DNA of 64,000 bases from positions 10,700 through 74,699 of the forward strand of contig CAMBRL010000001.1 in the NCBI GenBank assembly GCA_945870105.1, in the 5' to 3' direction. The notes under the pieces are model-generated. The model was not told the origin of the DNA and did not search any database. It was given only the letters and a program-made list of their open reading frames with translations. Both the position numbers and the translations under genes were made by a program. Positions 43,902 through 53,830 of this stretch are shown piece after piece. The DNA is from Chitinophaga pinensis. Lineage in GTDB: Bacteria > Bacteroidota > Bacteroidia > SXHM01. The stretch's first letter is position 1; every line of letters begins with the position of its first letter.

Positions 43902-45830
43902 TTATCGTATTAATGTTATGTTTCCTTTGTCAAGGGTTTCTTTATCCTGGAAGATAGCTATATCATTTCCTGAAGCTAATTTTGCTTTCAGCGTGTAGAA
44001 GTAAGTTCCGCCAGGAGCAGGTGAGCCGGCTTGTGTTTTTCCATCCCATGCAATTTCAGGTGCTGTGGTTTCGTAAATCTGAGTTCCCCAACGATTGAAA
44101 ACACGGAAAGTAAATTCACTTACAGCGCTGTTACGGATTTTAAATACATCGTTGAAGCCATCACCGTTTGGAGTAAATACGTTAGGAACAATCAAACCTT
44201 CTACAACATTAATAGGTGTATAAGCAGTATCCAAGCAACCGTCAGGACTTGTAGCAACCATCATCACATTGTATGTTCCGAGGTCGCTATAAGTGTGATA
44301 AGGATTTTGATTCACAGAAGTTACGCCATCATTAAAATCCCACGCCCATGAAATAGTGTTAGTACTTGAATCGTGGAATGAAATCAAATCGTTTATGAAC
44401 ACGTCATTAGGGTTATTGTAATTATAAGTCCCGTTTGGATTTGGGTTTGGATACTCATAAGTTGTACCAAAAATAGCTGCAGGAAGAGAAAGGATATCAA
44501 CCAAGAAATTTCCAACCAATGAAGGACATGCAACATATCCATTTTGGTTATCAATTGTTTCAATTACATAAACATTACCCCAACCCATATCATTCCAGAT
44601 AATGGTTGCTGAAGTAGCTGTAGTGCTGATAATCTCACCTGTTGGAACACCGTTTACGGTATCAACATAAAATTCGTATGTGCCATTTGTGTTAGGAATA
44701 ATGGAATAAGTAGTTACCACATCAGCGCAGATTATGCTATCACCAAACAGTGGAGGCGCAGGAGGAATTTGATAAGAAAGTGTGAAAGGCTCTGGAGAAA
44801 AAGAGTTTATTGCATTTTTCCTTACAAAGGTTAATGTAGGAGGGTCGTTGGGGTCTGTTGTAGTAGTTACAGAGGCAGTGATTCCGATGTTTTCCCATTG
44901 GTTGTCTGTTATGTTATCCCACTCAACAATTCCATTATATGCACCTTGATCATCTGTAAAAGCTGCATCATAAGAAAGAGCAAGATCAGCATTGTCACTT
45001 CCTACTGGGTGATTGATTTTATACCAATAGTTATCGTTTACATAACATGTAGGTATATCATGATCAGAAACAGGTTTGGTATAATCATTCGGATCGTTAG
45101 GGTCATCAGTACCAGGGTCTGCGTTAACCAAACGAACAGTGAATGTGTTGGGCAATGAAGTAGTTGGTCTTATAACTGCCGGTCTGTATCTTGGAGTATT
45201 TTGAGTTGAACCAACAGGAAAAAGATAATCAGAGTTATTCTGTGTTTTGCGTGAAAGGCTTCCCGACTCAAGGCTGCTTACAAAACCTGTTGAACGGGTA
45301 ATGGCGCCAACGTTAGTGTTCTCAACGTGCATGGTATATTGGTCAGTCCATAATTCGCGATCGTTCAAAATGAGTGTGTTGGTTACATACTGATCTGTAA
45401 ACTGAATTTCTTTTCTGTCTGTTCCAGCCAATTCAAGATCATAAAAATAGGATGGAGAAATACCCGTTATTCCCTGAATACCTCCATCCAACAATACTCT
45501 TCCTGTTCCTGCAAAGAAAACGTTGTTGTTTCTCCAATCACCAGCAACCTGAAAAAGTCCATTGCTTCCCGGAAGCGGACTTCCGTTTCCGCCTAACTGT
45601 GCATCGTTAACAATATCACCGTTGATGTCCATAGTGCCAAGGTTAACAATAGTGCCCGCCTGATTATCAACGTGTCCGTCAACAAGAACTGTAGCTCCAT
45701 TAACATAGAACATGGCACCATCGTTTGTCAGTAATGCTTGTTGTGCAATTGTTGGTAATGAAAAGGAAAAAACACCTGCGGTGACTAAACTAATTCCTTT
45801 GATTGCTTTGGTAAAGCTTTTAACTATCAT
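43902..45830 (-). CDS. secreted protein with PKD domain and T9SS type B C-terminal sorting domain
   Basis: Signal peptide; PKD-like WDFNDGVTS..NPYHTYSDLGTYNVMMVATSPDGC; C-terminal VPNVFTPNGDGFNDVFKI. Confidence 0.8.
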   Translation of the reverse strand: MIVKSFTKAIKGISLVTAGVFSFSLPTIAQQALLTNDGAMFYVNGATVLVDGHVDNQAGTIVNLGTMDINGDIVNDAQLGGNGSPLPGSNGLFQVAGDWRNNNVFFAGTGRVLLDGGIQGITGISPSYFYDLELAGTDRKEIQFTDQYVTNTLILNDRELWTDQYTMHVENTNVGAITRSTGFVSSLESGSLSRKTQNNSDYLFPVGSTQNTPRYRPAVIRPTTSLPNTFTVRLVNADPGTDDPNDPNDYTKPVSDHDIPTCYVNDNYWYKINHPVGSDNADLALSYDAAFTDDQGAYNGIVEWDNITDNQWENIGITASVTTTTDPNDPPTLTFVRKNAINSFSPEPFTLSYQIPPAPPLFGDSIICADVVTTYSIIPNTNGTYEFYVDTVNGVPTGEIISTTATSATIIWNDMGWGNVYVIETIDNQNGYVACPSLVGNFLVDILSLPAAIFGTTYEYPNPNPNGTYNYNNPNDVFINDLISFHDSSTNTISWAWDFNDGVTSVNQNPYHTYSDLGTYNVMMVATSPDGCLDTAYTPINVVEGLIVPNVFTPNGDGFNDVFKIRNSAVSEFTFRVFNRWGTQIYETTAPEIAWDGKTQAGSPAPGGTYFYTLKAKLASGNDIAIFQDKETLDKGNITLIR

Positions 45831-45870
45831 ATTATATTATTGGTCGGTTATTTCATTGTGGTAAAGCCTA

Positions 45871-45878
45871 CAAATATA
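45871..45878 (-). promoter_or_regulatory. Bacteroidota -7 box TATATTTG
   Basis: The reverse complement of caaatata, 40 nt upstream of ATG 45830. Confidence 0.35.
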
Positions 45879-45947
45879 AACTAACCTGATTCAGAATTCC
45901 AAATTTAATTGTAATTATTCTGAAAACTAGCTATTTGCAGCTTTAAA

Positions 45948-46286
45948 TCAGGGCTTTTTTTGAAGTATTTCCAGTTTTTCGGCAAAATGTTCGCAGAAAT
46001 CTTTCAAGTCGGCAGCCATTTTATCTTCGGATATGGAACGTTTCAATGTATCTGACATAGAAAGCAAAGTTTGATGAAAAAATTTCTTCATCTCATCCAC
46101 CTGCATGTCTTTGGTCCAGAGATCAATTTTTAGAGTCGATTCTGTTGCCGGATCCCACACAGAAATCATAATTGCTTTGCAGCTTACTTCACTTTCCATT
46201 TCGGAATCTTCGGCAGCCCAGGTTATTTTTTCAGGTAGTTTGTTGTCGTCAAGCGTAATGTTGAATTTTACTTGGGATGTTGTCAT
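45948..46286 (-). CDS. gldC: gliding motility protein GldC
   Basis: About 112 aa with FNITLDDNKLPEKITWAAEDS...ISVWD pattern, immediately downstream of gldB. I prefer the ATG at 46286. Confidence 0.8.
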   Translation of the reverse strand: MTTSQVKFNITLDDNKLPEKITWAAEDSEMESEVSCKAIMISVWDPATESTLKIDLWTKDMQVDEMKKFFHQTLLSMSDTLKRSISEDKMAADLKDFCEHFAEKLEILQKKP

Positions 46287-46308
46287 AACGTGATAAATTA
46301 AAATGCTT

Positions 46309-47334
46309 TTACTTCTTTGGTTTATATTTTGAGGCTGCCAGAATTTTCTGTGCATCTTTTTCAGCCATCAGTTGGGCTATCGTTAATTGAGGATTTTCGG
46401 ACATGTATTTTTTTACAATCATCCAGCCGGTAAATTCGCCAATGCGGGCAGGTGATTCGCGGGGAAGTCCGGGAGTAAAAGGACCTTCGCTGCTGTATTT
46501 ATTCAACACATTATGGTCTGTTGAGTAGAGTAATTTATTTTCCAGCAGATGTCCCCATACAAAGGACTCGTTGGTTTTGCACCATTCTAGTTGTGAGTTT
46601 TTATAAGCAATAATAAGACTGTCGTGTGTTTCGGGAAGCAGGGCATCCAACAGGTAAAGAATTTTTCCGTTGAAAATCATGTTGTCTAAGAGCGTTTTTT
46701 GTTCTTCTTTGTTTTCAAATTTATTCAGCGCCCAGCCTTTTACCGCAGTTGCAGGAAGACTTGCTTTGTTCATATTGCGCACCACATACTTGGGCCAGGC
46801 AAGCATTTCGTAGTAAATGCTTTTTTCGCCAAGAAAAAATTCAAGTCCTATGGCAAGTGTGCTGTCGTGTGTAAAAACTGCATAGTTGAATCCCGAAAAA
46901 TCGGCAACAACTGTTGGCGGATTGCTATCGGGAAAATGATGCTTGTAGCGCTTGAACGCATCAGTCAAATCTTTTTCAAGGAAAGTAAGCTCAGGATAAG
47001 TTTTTTGTGTTTCCTTGTATATTTCGCTGATGTCGGGATTGGTGATAAAGTTTTTCAAACCAACAGCAAGAGCTGTGTCGTTGGCGCTCTGCATATTAAT
47101 TATGTCACGACAATACTCGTCAAAAAAAGCACCGTATTTTTTTCGCAGAGCAGGAATTTCGTGCAACAGGCTATCGGGATTCTTTTCAAATACATCTTTA
47201 TCAAGTCGCTGAATGTTTACTTCAAAAGGAATTTCAGAAACATCTACATCAATGCGTGGGTCGTTGTTGCAGGATTTGCAGCCTCCTATCAACATTATTA
47301 TTGTAATAACTTTAATTGCTTGAAAAAATCGCAT
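46309..47334 (-). CDS. gldB: gliding motility lipoprotein GldB
   Basis: Lipobox LIGGC; size and gldB-gldC adjacency are typical of Bacteroidota. Confidence 0.8.
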   Translation of the reverse strand: MRFFQAIKVITIIMLIGGCKSCNNDPRIDVDVSEIPFEVNIQRLDKDVFEKNPDSLLHEIPALRKKYGAFFDEYCRDIINMQSANDTALAVGLKNFITNPDISEIYKETQKTYPELTFLEKDLTDAFKRYKHHFPDSNPPTVVADFSGFNYAVFTHDSTLAIGLEFFLGEKSIYYEMLAWPKYVVRNMNKASLPATAVKGWALNKFENKEEQKTLLDNMIFNGKILYLLDALLPETHDSLIIAYKNSQLEWCKTNESFVWGHLLENKLLYSTDHNVLNKYSSEGPFTPGLPRESPARIGEFTGWMIVKKYMSENPQLTIAQLMAEKDAQKILAASKYKPKK

Positions 47335-47380
47335 TATAAAAAATACCTAATATTGCTCTTGAAAATTAAAACGCAAAACT

Positions 47381-48208
47381 ATGAAAAAGAGTATATCGAC
47401 ATTTTTAATATTATTTAGTGTACTAACTGTAATGGCGCAGGAAGGCGAGAAGCAACCTAAATTCCGTTTCGGTCTGAAAGTTTCACCATCAGTGGCTTGG
47501 ATGGGCCTGGACAAAACCAGGTTTAATGATTTGGATGTGGAAAACGGAGGGGCAAAAGTGAAATTCGGATACGGTTTAATCACCGAATTTGTACTGGCAA
47601 AAAATTATTCAATTCTTACCGGTGTTGAGGTAAACTATCTTGGCGGAAGCATTAATTATAAAGATGCAAATAAGGTAAATTACCAATTAAATGACAGTAC
47701 TGCTTTATTCCTTTCATCGCGTGCATTTAAGCAGCAATACATTACTATTCCTTTGGCTCTGAAATTAAAAACTAACGAAATAGGGTATATGACTTACTTC
47801 GGGCAAATCGGGGTTGATTTATCGTTTCAGATAAAAGGCAGAGCTAATGATGCCGGAACGCTATACTATAAAGCCAATCAGGATAGTAGTACCCATACGT
47901 TTTCCGTTCAGGGTGAGGAGTATAGCGCAGAAGATGTTAATATTTATAAGCAGACCGGAGTTTTTGGTTTTTTGCGTGTTGCTTTAAATGTGGGTGCAGG
48001 AGTTGAATGGAATATTGCGGGAAATACATCACTTTTATTTGCTGTGAATTATAATAATGGGTTCACTAATTTTTTCAAAAAAGCAGATACCATAAAAGAA
48101 GAAGACAAGACTAACTTACCGGTCAATAATAATAAAGACACAGCAGAGCCATTGGATCAAAAAGCGAGTTCTAATTATGTTGCGTTAACGGTTGGTGTTT
48201 TGTTTTAG
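47381..48208 (+). CDS. outer membrane beta-barrel protein (porin-family/PorT-like)
   Basis: Signal peptide; alternating-hydrophobic beta strands; terminal aromatic residue (..LTVGVLF). Confidence 0.65.
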   Translation: MKKSISTFLILFSVLTVMAQEGEKQPKFRFGLKVSPSVAWMGLDKTRFNDLDVENGGAKVKFGYGLITEFVLAKNYSILTGVEVNYLGGSINYKDANKVNYQLNDSTALFLSSRAFKQQYITIPLALKLKTNEIGYMTYFGQIGVDLSFQIKGRANDAGTLYYKANQDSSTHTFSVQGEEYSAEDVNIYKQTGVFGFLRVALNVGAGVEWNIAGNTSLLFAVNYNNGFTNFFKKADTIKEEDKTNLPVNNNKDTAEPLDQKASSNYVALTVGVLF

Positions 48209-48260
48209 GGTTTAACAGCAGGGGAAGCAGAGAAGGCGAGGAGAACCGCAGAGAATTTAT

Positions 48261-48755
48261 ATGAGACATCTTATCTTCTTCTTCTTTTTAGTTGTATTCA
48301 CTTATAGTTCGATAGCTCAAACTGAAATGCAGGAAAAAAAAGGCAGAGTAACCGGCATTGGCGGAATATTTTTTAAAACAGTTGACCCTAAAAAAACGAA
48401 GGAATGGTATTCAAAAAATCTCGGCATGAAAACCGATGATTACGGAACTATGTTTGAATTTCGTACTTCAGAAAATCCCGAGCAGAAATCTTATTTACAA
48501 TGGAGCCCGTTTTCTGAAAAGACCAACTACTTTGAGCCTTCGCAAAAAGAGTTTATGATTAACTATCGCGTTGAAAATATGGAAGCGCTGGTAGAAGAAT
48601 TAAAAGCTAACGGAGTAACCGTACTTGACTCGATTGAAACTTTTGAATACGGCAAATTTGTCCACATCCTTGACCCCGAAAACAATAAAATAGAATTGTG
48701 GGAGCCGATAGATAATGAGTTTGACAAAACGGAAGAGGGGAAGCCATCGAAGTAA
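48261..48755 (+). CDS. VOC (glyoxalase/bleomycin-resistance) family protein with signal peptide
   Basis: IGGIFFKTVDPKKTKEWY..LGM and FVHILDPENNKIELWE, typical VOC beta-alpha-beta-beta-beta modules. Confidence 0.65.
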   Translation: MRHLIFFFFLVVFTYSSIAQTEMQEKKGRVTGIGGIFFKTVDPKKTKEWYSKNLGMKTDDYGTMFEFRTSENPEQKSYLQWSPFSEKTNYFEPSQKEFMINYRVENMEALVEELKANGVTVLDSIETFEYGKFVHILDPENNKIELWEPIDNEFDKTEEGKPSK

Positions 48756-48806
48756 TTTCCATTTTACATATTCCATTACCTTAGCGCGGCTTTTTAAAAA
48801 AGCGCT

Positions 48807-50501
48807 ATGAAGATTTGGAGATTTATTAAACGACTTTTTCTTGGATTACTTATTCTCATTGTCCTGCTTATAGCAGCAGGAATGACCTACCTTATTATTG
48901 TTTCCAAAATTGACGAGCCTGTTGTAAAAGACACTGCAAGTTTAAAAACTGAGCGAATAAAATTAGACACCAATTTTTACTCACTCGGCAACAACCGTCT
49001 TAAAAAAGCTGAGTCGGGTTTATGGGAAATGTACCTGGAAGGCGATGGATTTGAACGTGGAGTTGCACATGGAAAATTGGCCAAAGAATTAGTTCAGCAA
49101 CAGGAAAATTATTTTGTGGCATCCATCAAAAAAATAATTCCGTCTGAATTTTATCTGCATTTTCTGAAATATTTTATCGGTTGGTTTAACCGTGGTTTAC
49201 CCGACTTTATAAATGAAGAATACAAGCAGGAGATTTTTGGTGTTTCGCAATCAGCATCTGAAGAGTTTAATTACATCGGCACCAACTACCAGCGTATATT
49301 GAATTACCATGCTGCTCACGATATTGGTCATGCCTTGCAGGACAAAAATATGGTGGTGGGCTGTACATCCTTTGCAGTTTGGAATTCGGATGCGGAAGAC
49401 AGCGTTTTAACCATCGGACGAAACTTTGATTTTTATGTGGGCGATGATTTTGCGAAAGACAAAATCGTTTGTTTTTACAACCCTGATAGCGGACATAAAT
49501 TTATGACCATCACTTGGGCGGGCTTTACGGGTGGAGTTTCCGGAATGAACATGGAAGGTTTGACCGTTACTATTAATGCGGCAAAATCACAACCACCTTT
49601 GGCTTCGGCAACACCTATTTCGTTGGTGGCACGTGAAATTCTGCAATATGCTTCCACCATTGACGATGCATTTGCCATTGCAAAAAAGCGACAGACTTTT
49701 GTTTCAGAATCCATTTTGATTGGCTCTGCAAAAGATAACCGCGCAGCGTTGATTGAAAAATCACCTGCAAAAACTGTTTTATTTAAGCCTGAAGGAAACC
49801 GTTTAATTTGTACCAATCATTTTCAATCACCTGATTTTGCTTCTGACGAATTGAACCAGAAACAAATAAAAGAAAGTGCTTCGGCATATCGCTACAAACG
49901 CATGGAAGAATTGCTGAACGAATCACCCGAAATGGATGTTCAGGAAGCGGCAGATATTTTGCGAGACCGCTCAGGACTTGGCGATTCAGATATTGGAATG
50001 GGGAATGAGAAAGCAGTAAATCAGCTACTCGCACACCACAGTGTTATTTTTCAACCAACAAAAAAACTAGTGTGGGTTTCTACTGCGCCTTTTCAGTTGG
50101 GCGATTATATGTGCTATAATTTAGACAGCGTATTTTCGGTGTTTCCTAAACTGAATGAAATAAAAGAACTGACTGTTGATTCGCTGTTAATATGGGAAGA
50201 TGATTTTGTGGATTCTAAATCATTTGAGGACTTTTTATTTTTTAAAGACATAAAAAATCAGATGCAGGAAGGTTTAAGCATGGATGAGTTTACCATGAAT
50301 TATGATGCAACCTATGCCTTTGAAAAATCAAATCCTGAATATTATCTCACGTATTGGCTGCTCGGTGATTACTACTCAAAAAACAAACAACCGCATGAAG
50401 CGGAGATATGTTATGAAATTGCATTAACCAAGGAAATTGCGACTGAAAGGGAGAAAGCGAAAATAGAAAATAGCTTGAAGGAAATCCAAGAAGAAGATTA
50501 A
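48807..50501 (+). CDS. C45-family (acyl-CoA:6-APA acyltransferase-like) Ntn-hydrolase/acyltransferase with N-terminal TM and C-terminal TPR-like tail
   Basis: Candidate autoprocessing site VVG-CTSFAVW; size and layout are as in bacterial C45 proteins. The family call is from memory. Confidence 0.55.
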   Translation: MKIWRFIKRLFLGLLILIVLLIAAGMTYLIIVSKIDEPVVKDTASLKTERIKLDTNFYSLGNNRLKKAESGLWEMYLEGDGFERGVAHGKLAKELVQQQENYFVASIKKIIPSEFYLHFLKYFIGWFNRGLPDFINEEYKQEIFGVSQSASEEFNYIGTNYQRILNYHAAHDIGHALQDKNMVVGCTSFAVWNSDAEDSVLTIGRNFDFYVGDDFAKDKIVCFYNPDSGHKFMTITWAGFTGGVSGMNMEGLTVTINAAKSQPPLASATPISLVAREILQYASTIDDAFAIAKKRQTFVSESILIGSAKDNRAALIEKSPAKTVLFKPEGNRLICTNHFQSPDFASDELNQKQIKESASAYRYKRMEELLNESPEMDVQEAADILRDRSGLGDSDIGMGNEKAVNQLLAHHSVIFQPTKKLVWVSTAPFQLGDYMCYNLDSVFSVFPKLNEIKELTVDSLLIWEDDFVDSKSFEDFLFFKDIKNQMQEGLSMDEFTMNYDATYAFEKSNPEYYLTYWLLGDYYSKNKQPHEAEICYEIALTKEIATEREKAKIENSLKEIQEED

Positions 50502-50525
50502 CCAAAGAGGCACTGAGACAGAAAG

Positions 50526-51815
50526 ATGTTACCGGAAATAGAAACCAAATCATTTATTGAAATAAAATCCTTCCAGGAAAAACTTCTGCAACAACTGCTT
50601 GCTTATATTTCAAAGAATTCAAAATACTATCAACGGATTTTTCAGCAAAATAAGTTTAATGCTGCCGAAATAAAAACGTTAGAAGACCTTCAGAAAATAC
50701 CGGTTACAACAAAAGATGATTTGCAGCAATTCAATGATGATTTTATCTGTGTTCCCAAAAATAAAATCATTGATTATGTAACCACATCGGGCACGCTGGG
50801 CGACCCGGTAACTTTTGCCATGACGGAAAAAGATTTAGAACGTTTGGCATATAACGAAGCTATTTCGTTTGCTTGTGCAGGTGGTTCTGAAAATGAAGTT
50901 TATCAATTGATGACAACTATTGACAGACGTTTCATGGCCGGGCTTGCCTATTTTATGGGCGCACGAAAATTAGGAGCAGGAATTATCCGCGTTGGAGCAG
51001 GCATGCCAGAACTGCAATGGGACACGATTAAAAAAATGTTTCCAACAGCATTAATTACTGTTCCATCTTTCATTCTCAAACTGATTGATTTTGCTGAGAA
51101 AAATAATATTGAATATCGCAGCACTTCAATAAAAAAAGCCATTTGCATTGGCGAACCCATCCGCAATCCCGATTTCTCACTGAACACGCTCGGAGAAAAA
51201 ATAAAAGAGAAATGGAATATTGAATTATTCAGCACGTATGCTTCTACCGAAATGGCAACAGCTTTCACTGAATGCGAAGCGGGCAGGGGAGGACATCACC
51301 ATCCCGAACTGATTATTGTTGAGTTCTTGGACGACAATGATAAACCTGCAAAAGAAGGAGAAGCCGGTGAAGTAACCATTACAACGCTTGGTGTAGAAGG
51401 TATGCCCTTACTGCGTTTTAAAACAGGCGACATTTGTTTTCATCACACCGAAAAATGTGAGTGCGGAAGAAATACCATGCGTCTTGGCCCTGTTATTGGC
51501 CGCAAAAAACAGATGATAAAATACAAAGGCACTACGCTTTATCCGCCTGCTTTGTATGATATTCTCAATAACATTGAGCAGGTTGAAAATTATGTAGTGG
51601 AAGTTTTTACCAATGAAATAGGAACGGACGAAATTCTGATTCATCTTGCTGCGAAAGAGAAGTCAGAAGCACTTGTAAAAAATATAAGCGACCATTTTCG
51701 TGCAAAATTAAGGGTAACGCCAACTATAAAATTTGTTTCATCTGCAGAAATTAATGTGATGCAAAATCCCGAAATGAGCCGCAAGCCTCTGAAGTTTATT
51801 GATAAACGTGAATAA
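50526..51815 (+). CDS. phenylacetate--CoA ligase (PaaK)-like adenylate-forming enzyme
   Basis: AMP-binding motif TSGTLGDPV, STYASTE, and PaaK-family length (429 aa). Confidence 0.75.
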   Translation: MLPEIETKSFIEIKSFQEKLLQQLLAYISKNSKYYQRIFQQNKFNAAEIKTLEDLQKIPVTTKDDLQQFNDDFICVPKNKIIDYVTTSGTLGDPVTFAMTEKDLERLAYNEAISFACAGGSENEVYQLMTTIDRRFMAGLAYFMGARKLGAGIIRVGAGMPELQWDTIKKMFPTALITVPSFILKLIDFAEKNNIEYRSTSIKKAICIGEPIRNPDFSLNTLGEKIKEKWNIELFSTYASTEMATAFTECEAGRGGHHHPELIIVEFLDDNDKPAKEGEAGEVTITTLGVEGMPLLRFKTGDICFHHTEKCECGRNTMRLGPVIGRKKQMIKYKGTTLYPPALYDILNNIEQVENYVVEVFTNEIGTDEILIHLAAKEKSEALVKNISDHFRAKLRVTPTIKFVSSAEINVMQNPEMSRKPLKFIDKRE

Positions 51816-51840
51816 TTTTTATTTGCTGAATTATTTCATG

Positions 51841-51848
51841 TAAGTTTG
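51841..51848 (+). promoter_or_regulatory. Bacteroidota -7 box TAAGTTTG (pyrR-pyrB promoter)
   Basis: Exact TAnnTTTG, 9 nt upstream of ATG 51858. Confidence 0.4.
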
Positions 51849-51857
51849 CACTCCGAA

Positions 51858-52400
51858 ATGTCAACGCAGCCACGGTTAATATTAGACAGCAAAAGTTTCG
51901 GCCTCACCATTAACCGTCTTTGCTGCCAGTTAATAGAAAATCACAACGACTTTAAACAATCTGCCATCATTGGTTTGCAGCCGCGAGGAATTTTTCTGGC
52001 GCAGCGCATTCATAAGCTGATTACTGAAAAAACGGGTAATAAAAACATCCCTTGCGGAAACCTTGATATCACTTTTTATCGTGATGATTTCCGCAGAGGC
52101 GAGCAGCACTTGGCAAAGCCAACAGAGATTGATTTTGTAATTGAAGATAAGAAAGTAATTCTGGTAGATGATGTGCTTTTTACCGGAAGAACAATTCGTG
52201 CCGGATTAGATGCAATGATGGCTTTCGGAAGGCCTCAATTAGTGGAATTGCTAGTGCTGATTGACCGCAGATACAGTCGACACCTGCCTATTATGCCTAA
52301 TTATGTGGGTAAAACGGTGGATACTATTTCAACCGAAAAAGTATCGGTTGAATGGAAAGAAACAGACGGAGAAGACAAAGTATTACTATTTCAAAAATGA
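51858..52400 (+). CDS. pyrR: bifunctional pyr regulator / uracil phosphoribosyltransferase PyrR
   Basis: PRPP-binding VILVDDVLFTGRTIRA. I prefer the ATG at 51858 over the TTG at 51846. Confidence 0.85.
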   Translation: MSTQPRLILDSKSFGLTINRLCCQLIENHNDFKQSAIIGLQPRGIFLAQRIHKLITEKTGNKNIPCGNLDITFYRDDFRRGEQHLAKPTEIDFVIEDKKVILVDDVLFTGRTIRAGLDAMMAFGRPQLVELLVLIDRRYSRHLPIMPNYVGKTVDTISTEKVSVEWKETDGEDKVLLFQK

Positions 52401-52410
52401 TAAATAAACT

Positions 52411-53328
52411 ATGAGTCAACTGAGTGTTCAGCATCTTCTTGGAATAAAATACATCACCAAAAAGGATATTGAACTCATTTTTTCTCAGGCCGATCAGTTT
52501 AAAGAAGTTATCAACCGTCCGATTAAAAAAGTTCCATCGCTCCGCGATATTACAATTGCAAATATTTTCTTCGAAAACTCAACCCGCACAAGACTTTCAT
52601 TTGAACTTGCCGAGAAAAGATTATCGGCAGATGTGGTTAATTTTTCCGCCTCATCTTCTTCAGTAAGTAAAGGCGAAACACTGATTGATACTGTGAATAA
52701 CATCCTTGCCATGAAAGTGGATATTGTAGTGATGCGCCACCCAAAGCCCGGAGCACCGCTTTTCCTTTCAAAACATGTAAACGCACAAATAGTGAATGCA
52801 GGTGATGGTGCACACGAGCACCCAACTCAGGGCTTGCTGGATGCTTTTTCAATCCGCGAAAAATTAGGAGACCTGAAAGGTGTGAAAGTTGCCATTGTCG
52901 GTGATATTCTTCACTCGCGGGTGGCAATTTCAAATATCTATTGCCTGCAAAAAATGGGTGCAGAAGTTATGGTTTGCGGACCAACAACACTTATCCCGAA
53001 ATATATCAGTGCATTAAATGTAAAAGTAGAACACGATATGAAAAAAGCCCTGCAATGGTGTGATGTTGCTAATATGCTGCGCATCCAGTTGGAAAGGCAG
53101 GATATTCAATATTTTCCTTCTCTGCGCGAATATGTGATGATGTATGGGCTGAATAAACAGATTTTAGACTCGCTGAAAAAAGAAATTATCATCATGCACC
53201 CGGGACCAATCAACCGTGGAGTGGAAATAACCAGCGATGTTGCAGACTCAAAACACTCTGTAATCCTTCAGCAGGTTGAAAATGGTGTGGCAATCCGTAT
53301 GGCGGTTCTTTATCTTCTGGCATCTTAA
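52411..53328 (+). CDS. pyrB: aspartate carbamoyltransferase catalytic subunit
   Basis: ENSTRTR, HPTQ and HPGP motifs. Confidence 0.95.
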   Translation: MSQLSVQHLLGIKYITKKDIELIFSQADQFKEVINRPIKKVPSLRDITIANIFFENSTRTRLSFELAEKRLSADVVNFSASSSSVSKGETLIDTVNNILAMKVDIVVMRHPKPGAPLFLSKHVNAQIVNAGDGAHEHPTQGLLDAFSIREKLGDLKGVKVAIVGDILHSRVAISNIYCLQKMGAEVMVCGPTTLIPKYISALNVKVEHDMKKALQWCDVANMLRIQLERQDIQYFPSLREYVMMYGLNKQILDSLKKEIIIMHPGPINRGVEITSDVADSKHSVILQQVENGVAIRMAVLYLLAS

Positions 53329-53387
53329 ATTATTTTTTCTGAAAAAATGTTTTTTTACTTTGTTAAATAAATTTTTCTACTTTTGCT

Positions 53388-53395
53388 TTTAAACA
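53388..53395 (+). promoter_or_regulatory. Bacteroidota -7 box TACTTTTG
   Basis: Exact TAnnTTTG, 10 nt upstream of ATG 53406. Confidence 0.4.
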
Positions 53396-53405
53396 AAATG
53401 CCCCT

Positions 53406-53789
53406 ATGAGCAACAACAGCTACACAATTGAAAAAAAAGAAAAATATGCCCAAATCAATCTCAAAGACGAGAAATTGGATAGTCATATTTCTCCTTCATT
53501 GAAATCGGAACTGGTAGTTTTGAATTCTGAAGGTTTTAAAAATATTATTATTGACCTGACCGACACCCGCTATTGCGATTCTTCGGGGTTGAGCGTAATT
53601 TTGGTTGCGAACCGTCTTTGCAAAAATTCAGGTGGAACATTTGTCCTCACGGGATTGCAGCGATCCGTAATGAAGTTGATTTCAATTTCACAGTTGGACA
53701 CCATCTTAAATATAGCGCCAACTGTAAGCGAAGCTGTTGATCTTCTTTTTATGGAAGAAATTGAACGCGATAACGATAAACAAGCATAG
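53406..53789 (+). CDS. STAS-domain protein (anti-sigma-factor antagonist, SpoIIAA-like)
   Basis: YCDSSGLSVIL phosphorylatable-serine motif; about 127 aa. Confidence 0.8.
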   Translation: MSNNSYTIEKKEKYAQINLKDEKLDSHISPSLKSELVVLNSEGFKNIIIDLTDTRYCDSSGLSVILVANRLCKNSGGTFVLTGLQRSVMKLISISQLDTILNIAPTVSEAVDLLFMEEIERDNDKQA

Positions 53790-53830
53790 TCTTTAACTTT
53801 AAATTTTATTAAAACCACTAACAATTAATT

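Noticed and set aside
46699-47418. The 239-aa ORF on the + strand.
   Set aside because: It is entirely antisense to gldB, has F/K/I-rich low-complexity translation typical of AT-rich shadow frames, and has no recognisable motif.
51816-51857. A PyrR-binding attenuator leader upstream of pyrR-pyrB.
   Set aside because: The leader is only about 10 nt after the -7 box, and the pyrR-pyrB spacer is 10 nt. There is no room for the antiterminator/terminator hairpins known from Bacillus.
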